IMG/VR virus record: IMGVR_UViG_3300012948_000003
Coordinates: 1 to 64,000 of that record
DNA: 64,000 nt
Direction: 5' to 3' (one strand)
Source: a virus
In this document: in pieces, positions 40,501 to 47,249 of the stretch
Layout of the letters: the number at the start of each line of letters is the position of its first letter
How positions within the stretch are numbered: the stretch's first letter is position 1
The notes under the pieces: generated by a model
Seen by the model: only the letters and a program-made list of their open reading frames with translations
Database searches by the model: none
Told to the model about the DNA's origin: nothing
Program-made: the position numbers and the translations under genes

Positions 40501-41270
40501 CCACTCAGTGCTTGAACTGCTTGAAGCGCAGTCTGATATTCAGGAGATGTTAAGAGCTTTCGAACATCAGGAGGGAGCTTTTGGAGGGAGGTAGGAATCT
40601 TAAAAGGTTTCTTCGGGGCAGTTATCGACGGCCATTGTATTCCGGTGTTAGGATCAGTATCATATCGTACAGAGTAACCCCACTCCTGCTTGAGTTGATC
40701 GGCAACATTCGCTGCACCTTCGAGATCGCCTCGGGCTTTTAAGCTCTCGAAGTTCTGCGCTACGAGTTCGTCGGGACGTGGTTTCCATGCTGGAGCAGGA
40801 GCTGCTGGCGGAGGTGCAACAGGCGGAGCCGCTGGCGGAGCAGCGCCTTCATCCGGTAAGGCATCAGGGCTGATAGACCCCATTGCCGCGACATGTACAT
40901 GATTAGAATGTTTACCTATAGCACCTACCGATTGACCGCCTCGCCATCCACCAACAGGATCGTGATACAGTTCTGCCAGATTCGGACCGTAAGTATCCCG
41001 GAGATGCTCGGTGAATGCTCTCATCGACTCGGGCGCACCTGTAAAGTCCCAGCCCTCACCAGCGACGTGCATCGAACCCGGTCTACCACCTACGGCGCGA
41101 TTATGCGCAGGCGTACGCTTTGCCGACGAGAGAGTCAGACCATAACCCTGAGCTTCTCGCGTCAGCGTCTCTTGAGGATTAGCCCCGAGGTCTGCCCACT
41201 GCGGCAAGTCCTCTGGATTAATCGGCGCTAATGCCTGCGGGTTTTGTTGGAATTGTGATGGGTCTTCCAT
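25539..41270 (-). CDS. Giant polyvalent virion-associated protein (5243 aa)
   Basis: Uninterrupted 15.7-kb ORF. M15-like peptidase motifs (SMH...WDF...HSNHVHV), two HExxH motifs, two ADP-ribosyltransferase-like segments, GHKL ATPase (EGLQNAVDA, IQDNGTGM). Confidence 0.85.
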   Translation of the reverse strand: MEDPSQFQQNPQALAPINPEDLPQWADLGANPQETLTREAQGYGLTLSSAKRTPAHNRAVGGRPGSMHVAGEGWDFTGAPESMRAFTEHLRDTYGPNLAELYHDPVGGWRGGQSVGAIGKHSNHVHVAAMGSISPDALPDEGAAPPAAPPVAPPPAAPAPAWKPRPDELVAQNFESLKARGDLEGAANVADQLKQEWGYSVRYDTDPNTGIQWPSITAPKKPFKIPTSLQKLPPDVRKLLTSPEYQTALQAVQALSGVTQPISRTLRRMAAAGAPEMTPEAIAARREQWLAAEQQATQARQAQEAAAAAEQRRRAALPYIEQLAARGGDVLDWPLELIGGAMGRGGGAMLSGAGRLLEDARLGYSQMRPLAPLGRALGTAGRAWQEVGATGPGAPQPGPLTPEQVAGAAAELIPLFAAGGGNVGLGIMSFTQALGQGLPYREAVMHGITTAAGAKLAGALTSEVPWGGIRGLAARGALATGGFELPQAIVSGRLPDLSTPEGQRQALMNAILMYGTEALAGPHGPAYEARERGRAIAEQAPIQGPGFAAYGVPEPGVGPPSAAQLRLRNRLNEFLAGQGITPAEAAALPIERKQQLADAFRAEEARIRGPRAAEEAGRGFEVVPGTARLQVATPAWHRARAEERAHAEAENLEREQFGRPLHDVERQVFHSLPDDTPPLNLEELHHIMRGRGIMPPTGPPPPAPAPPEVAERGFEARPLPGEELPGAREPFVSPVPTPTTFIEVGGKWYPYQREDNVWRSPGRPDIPVALVGPERIKTPTPALQGQVVYYTGRTTRGTGEPLQVVRRRGSKVQVIGEDGTLRSYDISDVTDVRPDYRMSPVYGRNSRESAERFLANLPEGARGEIVTRTTRRGAVPNYITGYQVRWRSREELEAGRRAPAPEEVPAVPPPEEPVATPEQLEHLRQQYGAWEEPTPAAPQVIQGPETVPAPYAGPERRVSTAGYRLAGESPEDYRARMASLGFTPRSYEVPERPLPEGWEEPEEFRGRGEPTAEEAEAAARAPAVTLPPPAPPVIPGEELIEKGIPAFVGAPKPAEAPAKAMTPKEQQDAFAEQRHGELGENAPMIPGWRKDWGNVTAIGRLPNGETLVRDEQGRSHWTARGKNLDLPRVEWADIGIEGPAFFSPEKFKSIMDSINVGRRDAGQPEYPTDWEQLLANYPDVAKEHFPEAYKRAQQELRDDEGNILFMKHFRPVMPERDSQWAEVEEPEPDIEPPLLQIERFLRGEPPFPVVGTGRAKQALKKSKEWLGAYGARRPVVTRGMNLNTPSGQRRAIEAIVKHTLAEIRAWRRIARDYVPFYSTDITERTNPLLQKWAEGRYDRQLTDPEISFLHMLSAYASGAQPPGMDTAYGMRAFDEYVRTGTATGLGGLKPVYDYYTRTRQKADWIPTEWVPRREAGLKFDPVTGKEIRQPVYIDAATGKKTFIRKGNEELRHPTKRAKLTKAFNIRSLNRFNELLTTRFDGDLGAAIDWMATKHPWSEIVDMIGKDAAKKIKKHEYLDKVNPSFGVFALGDSSPKQGSYILNRWGEFGPITKDLWYARTMARYFGRPISDQPWGGKLNQENIKMRRLADEAWRQVARQLRIKPAEVQERMWDAERVAYAALGHSEARGLGYTSQGVPVGERLINQDDLERDLPGYLAGEPSEPPLLSLNSTSDRALDDRDVTSRRISVKFAQRRQAEESPRPGRIRRAFLNDAAGRVLGTIMDVQEADGASMKRDGYGKLAYELGKTIQFFDLPPSSPLYTLYRDLVDAYQKNEPAYEIVSPYTGTEPGMEGAKGLRAFITTIRHEGTHSAMTVLRNSFPRLEDRERVASFTNALFGFEKEDINDLTHDELAALKMDMILAAKGYDNDPIVRAMEVIGHVGGGSRNLAEPTAPPNFRLSLDEQARLVKHVIRTLNEHYGDAAESVLQRAALEVRQENRRFYEEKRARLQTESATERGYANLEPGGSTAATEGGPPRSVQPTGVEPYPGVSGSPPPIAGGVPTRRGQRGRGGVPQAEQLELPFESREFPQDHGATEPAYPYGKSPLEADLEEMERNEQEELNQFYEDNPQLAKRFGGKVLPGRAKFLKKRLEDKLASLSPEDLKELDNQYLLTFDRYADQRYKEGYRGGVDRLKEEYVRKYGELVPINTGRSHRSVGRNLVEETLDQLTPKTRKLSLVPKPGEEPELSRRFPDEQILEAHHGSDDDTLTPENLEEREPGYPGSLGKGIYFGQDEDTARYYGRHVVSTQVRVRNPLIIDPEEVLQTVNGKLSPRLNIIDETPEGMFVDPIANTQTLPFDVYSHNGNKYEVRDSNDLQGLRDWAESEGHDAIIMRNMRPGPREEMLIFNRNQIVHPTEDEPLLSKKVKAFKTTAPFRRIGQVPADVEERRTQFWRDYHTTTPDRRKMLDDAIEEISKVILPTRKPGHDLEDTIDTVKSILASHENPIGSLAKGLEGAQAGRMTPEATAAVDYLKDAYDSVRGEHPFLLKEFPQEAQRQLKLALIAHPDEKEGTLLAKRFPKKKEERLKLGPFMREVPMGAEALGTPLEKFTEGNYEGLKEPDGSPKVLQHVTNEDFHTFDTKGRRADTDEIGTHFGTQNQVNDLAETMMLKQGRKGIEGEGTNVMPVYLSMKNPLRMVDNGNFRPEEIIPQLYDAGLISDREHDKLLDRVYAKTGIGGAVHQRLNEKLRKIITDSGYDGIVYLNRREGVNRDLMAAFMFGNRMTDADFKKRWPTAEDSYIAFDPKQIKSATGNIGTYDPSEENVLLSRAFPERPSKIEVREGEIGMGIEPRLQAIMIGGLYKGNLPRTMVKEGLQNAVDALRRMDFKEGERGHIELTVNTANRMIRIQDNGTGMPPDVVKNQFVNIGGTWGKEQGASGGLGIAIAALMGNAEKADVRTVYRDPETGKYHESIVTSLHRDDRPAYMQWSRPMEGGLKFETRVLDKPEPTGTLLRLQVREPFQEAENTKFQMEETGTNGLATQAAEFLARHRLPYDFDMNINGKQITAEDARHPDNIPVKLIRSMTVPGADIEIYGSDEMSPQYLGRVQVLNNGLPQFVKEISLPTNEAVMLPNRIMVDVHAHKNPEEDPTNYPFLPSREDLSGATDEAVKNYVRRDLTGEAIRRENQLYTDTLKKAPKIKGGRSFEVGPREKTVDLSPWGLTFRRARSWEEGGVIREGDWIVKTDDGLVLTHADGSFSQEEALKRLYPDIKEAHTPEPDEPQFPKTANDLMNAYWAQAGPLQHRLVDTTGQMPKELIDRLSKAPYAAPLTNALQKGWEILRNRLMSLNEDYQNVHYAGFGTHKSPDASNYYGINLPHPMVFQTPGPDIVLLNPYATADYIQKKIDLGVYMKGEETQEYARHMAATMTHELIHRLQRNHYEGFSSDLTAAMSHVYHDFGQVSRLIEKALGRGEAGRETFGRILDDSKEISASVGTGKGVFGKIGSEYAAERGPELLVGEGAAGERAEGRAGRAVPEVGAGREPAAAVAPPDVARNIELGGRATDHPTIMRFRRDISGKEGQLNIAANPIDGLKSAMVLGYDAYHTIKDFKDWSKEMLKKAGEAVRPILKDLWTQVQAFHGQGAAFYSPLRKTLEAKMTGPMDASDLSKLLKGQGISDAEMEETRFNSFLKKKAAAAIDLKSKIARGETPTKEERENAKVTPQEAKNWIDRHEIKINEVIAGEAAKLDWKHLDKEGNEHDLDEQNLSRVRKATNLEGRSMYIVPPQGPDAEKAQEKIAQLDKEHAELWKKLDDLYARREPLIRELGEEKYGRRAMDIETVMLVNEQEKEKLETQQRQFRVMDNPPLMKLPEGVTIEPAGRYYPALSDEGHEAKLEDIKKRKMDAEQEYSETERRIGTPDETLEDRQRAAYLVGRINQLAGRYRELQARHWTITVPPEIADTKVTLGPGTKALSKEAPPGSVQYTLSAPTEEEMRQYIIDKVNQANTRSSHRNLEQAEGVVAANLDTGKTVRFGGPRYQTPGGTNYKEFRISIPEPELGDQAFMDYRNSLLEKYDIPQDVFAKSALASRMTPEEKSKLVRMEAAAKAHIAGRFRQPHWTDEPYNILHARTTDRNILLEDLGNDFPELIERLKAQGRDSARAFHVEELQSDYGQGIRRKGVTAKPEQAEAAVQARKEYAEYRSSLEKKYGTPYIGREGNATPEEIEKLRELTGKLDYDAELANQLAQRRRLVTELEQSRYYDSADMLESLRSAKERGATDQQLKDYRRELEEKEGRRRDTELADLHREIKNLEDRLGTKIPPAPFVGSTEDWSTLALRRLMRYAAENGYDLLTWSPGSEQYYRWGSERIDWKKSTEGRGQFKVNVKEQHQGQVGDINLEEQARQRGVLMEGATGVSTEKGLRSILAKTLKREESQYAPELWTKHLDELAAKIWKQMQTNPEGTYMPRKEGFEGFYDRMIPNYVSKITKKFGARMGKGVLDLYPAEKPVTEGMFGEETGMREPIQVGAVEINPEMQRSLTTEGQPIIGGEPRFLAEARARVRQAMVGNVTSMNPLQLFGDVGLITGADVYKLTKSFAGWSNQMVKRLGAAIKPHLDSIWSQIKQFGAEEEGALKIPPRLQAVMKGMKQEKKEIARNLYFSGFLTPSGAVKVAAGLAGKQGMDWTANLLASAIENTRAAAKGQVPKYDFTVGNVMNAAIEGAKKGAKATAEIAQGKPSLMQPWYKETDVGDPVANGLLNHMHRLYGGKENLFRGFHYESALEEAANMIARVDPNQLGGSLESRAAHYKQNPPLVAQIQAAVGGQYANLLDTLAETVVNFQADQAKTPMSVSKRLGKQVLLVAHPKDLLHEYALMQATKGVGAQQNALARALLNVKDWEVAGRPLFSPNSQGAQKLASMLQLAVTTEVPFIKRPVNAMTTIFKDYLGLSAMAKLKDFNDFQKGVMSLPEHQDFLKAVSKGTIGLGLVALGLGMQRAGLMTGAMQDDYKKRGALYIGGNAIQIGAVPFWGWLLTFGATIGEAIERGTVQGLGQGMFQMVSEHPLLRGVQALTEQVHALKGGEVAPGKAGAQHLAGMAARFVPSAVASAAQFIDRDAQGRVIQRKPEGLLGPTMARIPGLRQKLPERTVLDRKQTESYWSPIPVRPVSELPTKAEQHALGIMRQTPMAPPTEYSEERRNTEREIVRLMKADKDDEANEAFEKAVDDGILTPDDAKVISKMTDATFLQRAVHKMSLEDAVGIYMKDASPAERDQLDDIIEAKIESFSKLADKGKIPGKRVDAVKELLDKFDEMRAQP
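33808..33825. repeat. Dispersed palindrome copy 9 (16/18; FLLKE in the giant protein)
   Basis: AATTCTTTTAAAAGAAAA. Confidence 0.9.
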
Positions 41271-41287
41271 TTTCTTTTAAAAGAAAA
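41270..41287. repeat. Dispersed palindrome copy 10 (perfect; fills the whole intergenic gap)
   Basis: TTTTCTTTTAAAAGAAAA between the stop at 41288 and the ATG at 41270. Confidence 0.95.
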
Positions 41288-42958
41288 TTATTGTTGAACT
41301 GGCACAGGCACGAGCTGTCCATTTGCTCCGGGCCTGAAGACCACTACAAGCGTCTTCCCCGTGTTAGGATCACGGTAGAGGTGAGGCTGTCCATCACCCG
41401 CATTCTGGCGCGTTGCTGGCGTTGGTTGAGCTGCGCCTTGAGGTGCGCCTTGCGCTCCGCCTTTCGGTGGAGTTGGTGCGGCTTTTTGTAATTCGTTTAA
41501 TTTAGCGGCTCGATCCGCTTTCTGTCTCGCAATCTCGGCTTGAATCCTCCCTTCTAACTCTTGCTCCTGCTGCTCCTTTGTCGGACCGCCAGTCTTCGAT
41601 TTATCGCGGAATCCTAGCAGCGGAGGCTTCAAGTCTTTTCGATCTCGGACCTGTTTCTCAATCTTCGCATCGGAGTTCGCTTCATTAAAAGCCGCCACTC
41701 TATTCTGATGCGCTATCTGCGCGTCATGGTATCGTTGCTGCTCCGCAAGACTCGCCCCGGCACGTTGAGCCTTTCCTGCCTCAGCTGCCGCAGCGCGTTG
41801 TGTTTTTCCTGCTTCAACCGTTTTCTGAGCCGAGACAAGCGGTTTACCTTCATCGTCGGTTGCTAGTTCGCCCGATGTCACATCTCTAAAGTTGAAGTTT
41901 TCATCAACCTTAATAGCGCCGTTTATGAACTTCCGGCGAAGCCTACCCGGAATACCTAATTGAGCTGCGGCATACTCCAGCTGTTCCGGAGTAGTTAGCA
42001 TCCCGGCATTGTAGTCCGCTCTGATCGAATGCTTTCGATCTCTTTCATTCATCTGATCCCAGCGAGCGATCCTTGCTTTAGTCTGTTCTTCCGTTATATC
42101 GACCTTTCTCTCTGCGAGTCGCTGTTGCTGTTGCTTCAACAATTCGTAGTATTGCTGCTGTTCGGTCTTCGGAGTCATCAGACCTGTTATCGGATCGACT
42201 CCGGTCAGTTGTGCTATGTGCGCAGCGTTAGCAAGACGAGCATTTCTTATCTGCTGCTCCGCTGCTGCTGGTCCTGCGTGGTACTGAGCTTGCTGATTAT
42301 ACCAAGCTCTCGTGGTCATATTCGGATCGACAGCTCCGAGAATAGCGCCACCAATATTACCGAGCGCAAGACCCTTCAACGCTCCCATCAAGTGACCCTT
42401 AAAACCATGTACTGGTTCTGGCGTATGCGAGATCGCATCTAGATAGCGCTGCGTTAACGGACCCACTCCGGTAGCCTGTCGGACAGCTGCAAGCTGAGCA
42501 AGAGTCTCTGGCGGTAACGGTGAACCCCACGGCGTAGTCTGCCTGCCCATTAGACCATACTGAAGACGTGCTCGCGCTAAATCGTTCTCGTCATGAATTC
42601 CATAAGCACCGTAATCAAGCGGTGCTGGAGGAGTTCCGATATCAGGCATGGGAACAGTAGTAGGCATACCAGTAGGAGCGCCACCGATATTCATAGCAGC
42701 AGGGAATGCTGGCAGAGCTGGAGGACCTGCTTCGCCCGATGCTGCTTTAGCTCGCATTCCTACTTCTTCAGGCGATAGGGCTCCGCTAGCCAGCGCAGCT
42801 TTAACCCCCATCCCCACTTCTGGCGCTGCTGGCGCTGGAGCTATTGCTCGTTGATCGGGCTCTGGTTCTGGCGTATAGGTTGCCGCAAGGTCAGCGCCCG
42901 GCTCGTAGGCTTGCGCTAGCGCAGCCAGTGTGTATGGATTTAAGGTAGGAGGTGTCAT
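41288..42958 (-). CDS. Putative internal virion/ejection protein
   Basis: A/P/Q-rich with coiled coil; precedes the giant protein. Confidence 0.65.
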   Translation of the reverse strand: MTPPTLNPYTLAALAQAYEPGADLAATYTPEPEPDQRAIAPAPAAPEVGMGVKAALASGALSPEEVGMRAKAASGEAGPPALPAFPAAMNIGGAPTGMPTTVPMPDIGTPPAPLDYGAYGIHDENDLARARLQYGLMGRQTTPWGSPLPPETLAQLAAVRQATGVGPLTQRYLDAISHTPEPVHGFKGHLMGALKGLALGNIGGAILGAVDPNMTTRAWYNQQAQYHAGPAAAEQQIRNARLANAAHIAQLTGVDPITGLMTPKTEQQQYYELLKQQQQRLAERKVDITEEQTKARIARWDQMNERDRKHSIRADYNAGMLTTPEQLEYAAAQLGIPGRLRRKFINGAIKVDENFNFRDVTSGELATDDEGKPLVSAQKTVEAGKTQRAAAAEAGKAQRAGASLAEQQRYHDAQIAHQNRVAAFNEANSDAKIEKQVRDRKDLKPPLLGFRDKSKTGGPTKEQQEQELEGRIQAEIARQKADRAAKLNELQKAAPTPPKGGAQGAPQGAAQPTPATRQNAGDGQPHLYRDPNTGKTLVVVFRPGANGQLVPVPVQQ

Positions 42959-42959
42959 C

Positions 42960-45293
42960 TTACACTCCTTGCGGTCGTGTATAGTAATCCGGAATGGTGA
43001 ATCCGAATTCCTTCGCCCGTTCCTGTAAGAGCGTTAGGTCCTGCTTCATGTTTTCGGTATCGTAAGCTAAGCGGTAGACGTCATCCATGTCTTTGTCTTG
43101 AAAACCGGACTGCACAGGATGATCGTGATAGACCACTGCGTCCTCAGCCCAAATGTATCTGCTGATCATCTTGCAGCGTTCTGTCAGTTCGTTGTCACAT
43201 CCGAGATGCTTGTAGCCAGTATGAAAGAACTCACCACCTAGCATCGGCAGGAGCTTCTTTGATGCAAGCCAGTGCGTTGCAAATTCTCCGTGCCAGTACT
43301 TGTCGTTCAATCCAACTAGTCCATCCATATCAGGGAAGTTCTTAATCATCGCCTTCAGTGCATTCAGTAAGAAGTTCGGTCGCGGAACGCAGTCATTACC
43401 GAGAAACATCACAAGGCTTCCCGTGGAACGATCAACGCCGCGCTTGAGCATCTTCGGTGCGCCTTGACGATCTTCGAAGGAATCATTCTCCACTAAGACT
43501 TCGTAATTTGGGTAGCCTGCGTGAGTATCGATCAGTTTCGCGAGACGCTTGAGTTTCTCTGGACGTCCGAGCGTAGGGATTACGATTGATATCTTCGGAC
43601 CGCATACACAGACGAGATACTGGAATTCGTTCATCACCCGTCTGATTCTATCTGATTGCTGACAGAAGAATACCGGGTCCTCCCAGTATTGCTTTATTAG
43701 ATTCTTTGCTTCTTGTTCTGTGTAAACAACGTGATGAAACTCGGACGGCATATTCAACGGGATTGATGCAATAAACAGCTTCGAGTTCCTTGATGCCCAA
43801 ATAAGAAAAGGTCTCGGATCATGTAGGTGTTCGATTGTTTCAAAACTGACGACCGCATCAACCTGACAACTGTCCGGGAGACCCTGTTCGAGATCGGCAA
43901 TCCAGTAGCCGGGACCATACTTTTCCTCGGCAACCTTAATCGCTACAGGCTCTATATCGCATCCTTGATATTCGCTCGCAGCCAGAATCGTCTTTCCGTA
44001 GCCATCACCAGAAGCCGCATCAAGCACCTTTAACCCCGAGGTGAACGACGCGGCAAAGTTATATCGTGCAAGATGCTCAGTCTCGACATCTTCAAGAGGT
44101 GTCTTGCCCGGAATATAGCGCTCACCAGTCCATTCCAGCTCGGTCGGATAGAACCACTTCTTTTCAGAGAGATACTTCGGATTGTTCGGCTGATAAGCAA
44201 GCGCTTGATCGTAATGGAGCTTTGCGCCTTCCTTATCTCCGAGACGCCAGAGCGCCCAGTACAACATCTCGTGCGGGATGTGTTGGTAGTGCGCGAGATT
44301 GTTCGCATAGAACCCGTGCCACTTTACTGTTAATGCGGCTGAGGCGTATGCCGCTGTCTTTTGAAAGTCGTCTTTTCTCCACCAGTACTCCGCCAGCCTG
44401 ATAAGAGGCTCACGCCGGGTCCCGTCAGTATCGAAAGCACGGTGATACCAAACAAGCGCTTCCTTCTCTCGTTCCAACATTATCAGCGCGTCACCGATGT
44501 AGATCATGCTCTGCGCTTGTTCCGGGACCCAGCGATTCATTGCAATGTGTCGTGAGAATTCCTTGATCGCTGAGAGTGGTCGCTTGCTCCAAAGTAGCTC
44601 GCGAGCAAAGTAATGACTATTACGGTCCTTCTCTGGATTCAAATGACAATCAAGCGCGAGCCCGGCGAGATATCGTCCCCTACGCTCAGAGGGTTCCTGA
44701 AAGTGCTCTAAGAGAACCTCGTTCGTCGGCAAGAATGCAGTCTTTCCTTCGCCAGCTAGAACTTCATGCACGATCCCGGCCCAGTGAAACTTTCGGCGAT
44801 CATAGCACTTTGAGTGAGTAAATCTTATCGCTGGATTACCATACTGATCATGCGAGAATATGAAGTCGTACTCCAGACGCTCAGCGCCTTCCTTGAAGGC
44901 TTTTACTATTGGTAATAGATGAAAGTTAGTGAATGCTTCATCGCAGTCTGGCATCCAGACGATATCATTCGATGCCAATCCTGCCGCATAGTTACGCGCA
45001 GCTGAATAATCGAAGAGCTGAGTTCCTTCGTGTACTATTTCTTCTTCTGGCTCAACTATGCACGTCTGATTAATAGATGCAGCGAGATCGGCATCTATCG
45101 TTGTAATAAACTTCTCGCCAACTTCGTCAACAACGCAACCCAGCCCGGTCGCTACTGCAACAGTATCGTCGGTGGACCCGGTATCCACCAGAACTACCTC
45201 TCCGCCTAAGACGCGGAATTCCTCCAGCGATGCTAGTAATCGCGGGAGCGTCTGTGATTCATTCCGGGCAATAAGAACTATCGAGAAATTCAT
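42960..45293 (-). CDS. Multidomain glycosyltransferase: GT2 + TPR + SAM methyltransferase + GT2
   Basis: IARNES/VDTGSTD/FDYSAARN/DCDE; TPR-like helices; VLDAASGDGYG, VSFETIEH; second SIVIPTLGR/FLGND domain. Confidence 0.9.
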   Translation of the reverse strand: MNFSIVLIARNESQTLPRLLASLEEFRVLGGEVVLVDTGSTDDTVAVATGLGCVVDEVGEKFITTIDADLAASINQTCIVEPEEEIVHEGTQLFDYSAARNYAAGLASNDIVWMPDCDEAFTNFHLLPIVKAFKEGAERLEYDFIFSHDQYGNPAIRFTHSKCYDRRKFHWAGIVHEVLAGEGKTAFLPTNEVLLEHFQEPSERRGRYLAGLALDCHLNPEKDRNSHYFARELLWSKRPLSAIKEFSRHIAMNRWVPEQAQSMIYIGDALIMLEREKEALVWYHRAFDTDGTRREPLIRLAEYWWRKDDFQKTAAYASAALTVKWHGFYANNLAHYQHIPHEMLYWALWRLGDKEGAKLHYDQALAYQPNNPKYLSEKKWFYPTELEWTGERYIPGKTPLEDVETEHLARYNFAASFTSGLKVLDAASGDGYGKTILAASEYQGCDIEPVAIKVAEEKYGPGYWIADLEQGLPDSCQVDAVVSFETIEHLHDPRPFLIWASRNSKLFIASIPLNMPSEFHHVVYTEQEAKNLIKQYWEDPVFFCQQSDRIRRVMNEFQYLVCVCGPKISIVIPTLGRPEKLKRLAKLIDTHAGYPNYEVLVENDSFEDRQGAPKMLKRGVDRSTGSLVMFLGNDCVPRPNFLLNALKAMIKNFPDMDGLVGLNDKYWHGEFATHWLASKKLLPMLGGEFFHTGYKHLGCDNELTERCKMISRYIWAEDAVVYHDHPVQSGFQDKDMDDVYRLAYDTENMKQDLTLLQERAKEFGFTIPDYYTRPQGV

Positions 45294-45294
45294 A

Positions 45295-47232
45295 TTACGC
45301 TTGCAACTTAACGATAAGTGCTCTTCTAGTCGAAGAAGTAAACGTACCTAAAGTGGAAGGCAAGGCACCGCCGCTGATATTGTTTGAGGTTGTAAATTTT
45401 ACGGGGACCGACCCTTGAGCAACATTCATGTACGACGTATTCTCGGTAAAGAAATTCACCGCTACCACAGCGGTGTCGTCGCAGGCAACGGCTTGAATGT
45501 ACCATCCGGGCTCAAGGGTCACGTCCGCGCCGAGCGTAGTGGTCTTCACTGCGACAGCTCCGGTACCTACGTCGATTTGTCCACTATTAATAAGCAGGCT
45601 TGTTCCGTCATGGTTGTATATGCCAATGTACGCCTTCTTTCCGGCAGACGCCTGCTGCAACCAGAAACATAATTGATGCACAACCAGCTTTAAAGGTAAC
45701 CAAAATCTGACAGCTGTTATATTATTCGCCGATTCAAACTGCGTCTGAGTTACTGCCGCAGTATCACCTATTTCTAGTGCTGGTATAAACCACGACTCTG
45801 ACGAGTTAGATGCATTCGTGCCAGTCGCCCCAGTATAACCCGTGTAACCCGTGTATCCGGTCGCACCTCCAGCACCTCCGGAGCCAGCAGGCCCAGTATA
45901 TCCGGTATATCCGGTATATCCCGTATATCCTGTGTATCCGGTTGGTCCGGTATAGCCCGTGTAACCCGTATAGCCTGTAAAGCCACTATTCGGTCCAGTG
46001 TACCCGGTATAGCCTGTTGCTCCGGTGTTTGTTGCTACCCCGGAAGGACCAGTGTAGCCAGTGTAGCCCGTTGGTCCAGTGTAACCCGTATAGCCTGTGT
46101 ACCCCGTGTACCCAGTCGCCCCGGTGTTTGTTGCCGAACCCGCAGTGCCTGTGTATCCAGTATAACCAGTGTAGCCTGTGTAGCCAGTTGCACCTGTATT
46201 CGTCGCGGAACCAGCAGTGCCAGTATACCCTGTATATCCGCTGTACCCGGTTGGACCCGTGTACCCGGTTGGACCCGTGTAGCCAGTGTACCCGGTCGGT
46301 CCGGTGTAGCCAGTTGCTCCAGTGTATACTGCTGTGCCCGGAACTCCGGTGTAACCAGTATAACCTGTCGGTCCGGTTCGACCAGTGAAGCCAGTATAAC
46401 CAGTATAGCCTGTATATCCGCTAGGCCCGGTGTAACCAGTGTATCCCGTGTACCCAGTCGGTCCAGTGACAGTAGACGCAGCTCCACCTGCGCCTGTGTA
46501 ACCCGTATAGCCCGTGTATCCGGTATAACCCGTCCTGCCAGTGTAGCCCGTGTACCCTGTGTAACCAGTGTAACCGGACGGACCCGTGTAACCAGTCGTT
46601 CCAGTATAACCAGTCGGACCAGTTACCGTCGAAGCAGCTCCACCCGGCCCAGTGGGACCTGTCGGTCCAGTTACGGTAGATGCAGAACCTGTCGGTCCAG
46701 TGTAACCAGTAGGACCCGCAGGTCCTGTAGCGCCGAGACTTACAGCTGCTATTTTAGCATCAATTTGCGTTTTTGTATAGGTAGCAAGGTCTAAGTTAAC
46801 AGCTACAGCGACTGTATAAATACTTAAGTCCGCCCATGTCGCGCAGGTCCCCGCTGGAGCGCAGGAAGTAGTGCTGATGATTACTGGCGGGACCTCGATG
46901 TCCTGCATCCCGGCAACTACACCGATAAGAGCACCGCTATCTCTGTACCAGTAGAAAGTGTATGTTGCTAACTGAGTGATGGCGGTAGCATCCGTAGTTG
47001 ACTTAAGCGTGAACGCAGGAACCGTTACAGTACTGACGCCATCGAATGTACAAGGGATATCGAGATAGTATTGTCCGTTCTCAGGAGACCCACCCGGAAC
47101 ATAAACTGGCGAAGCATCGCTCGTCAGGAAAGACGTAGAAGCAAACACGCGAAGGCGTGGTGGCGCAGCAGCCGTCACACCAACTGCGTGAAAGTCCAAA
47201 ACAGTTTGAGCCTGTACGTGGATGTCAGCCAT
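45295..47232 (-). CDS. Collagen-like fibre protein with Gly-Tyr-Thr/Gly-Pro-Thr repeats
   Basis: About 300 aa of G-X-T triplets between globular N- and C-terminal domains. Confidence 0.85.
   Translation of the reverse strand: MADIHVQAQTVLDFHAVGVTAAAPPRLRVFASTSFLTSDASPVYVPGGSPENGQYYLDIPCTFDGVSTVTVPAFTLKSTTDATAITQLATYTFYWYRDSGALIGVVAGMQDIEVPPVIISTTSCAPAGTCATWADLSIYTVAVAVNLDLATYTKTQIDAKIAAVSLGATGPAGPTGYTGPTGSASTVTGPTGPTGPGGAASTVTGPTGYTGTTGYTGPSGYTGYTGYTGYTGRTGYTGYTGYTGYTGAGGAASTVTGPTGYTGYTGYTGPSGYTGYTGYTGFTGRTGPTGYTGYTGVPGTAVYTGATGYTGPTGYTGYTGPTGYTGPTGYSGYTGYTGTAGSATNTGATGYTGYTGYTGYTGTAGSATNTGATGYTGYTGYTGYTGPTGYTGYTGPSGVATNTGATGYTGYTGPNSGFTGYTGYTGYTGPTGYTGYTGYTGYTGYTGPAGSGGAGGATGYTGYTGYTGATGTNASNSSESWFIPALEIGDTAAVTQTQFESANNITAVRFWLPLKLVVHQLCFWLQQASAGKKAYIGIYNHDGTSLLINSGQIDVGTGAVAVKTTTLGADVTLEPGWYIQAVACDDTAVVAVNFFTENTSYMNVAQGSVPVKFTTSNNISGGALPSTLGTFTSSTRRALIVKLQA
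45820..46735 (-). repeat. 9-bp-period coding repeat (G-Y-T/G-P-T triplets)
   Basis: Codon-degenerate tandem triplets with recurring [13 protein letters not shown] interruptions. Confidence 0.9.
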
Positions 47233-47249
47233 TTTCTTTTAAAAGAAAA
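47232..47249. repeat. Dispersed palindrome copy 11 (perfect; fills the whole intergenic gap)
   Basis: TTTTCTTTTAAAAGAAAA between the stop at 47250 and the ATG at 47232. Confidence 0.95.

Noticed and set aside
45820-46735. Non-coding tandem repeat or second guide array
   Set aside because: Variation is concentrated at third codon positions of an in-frame G-X-T protein repeat.
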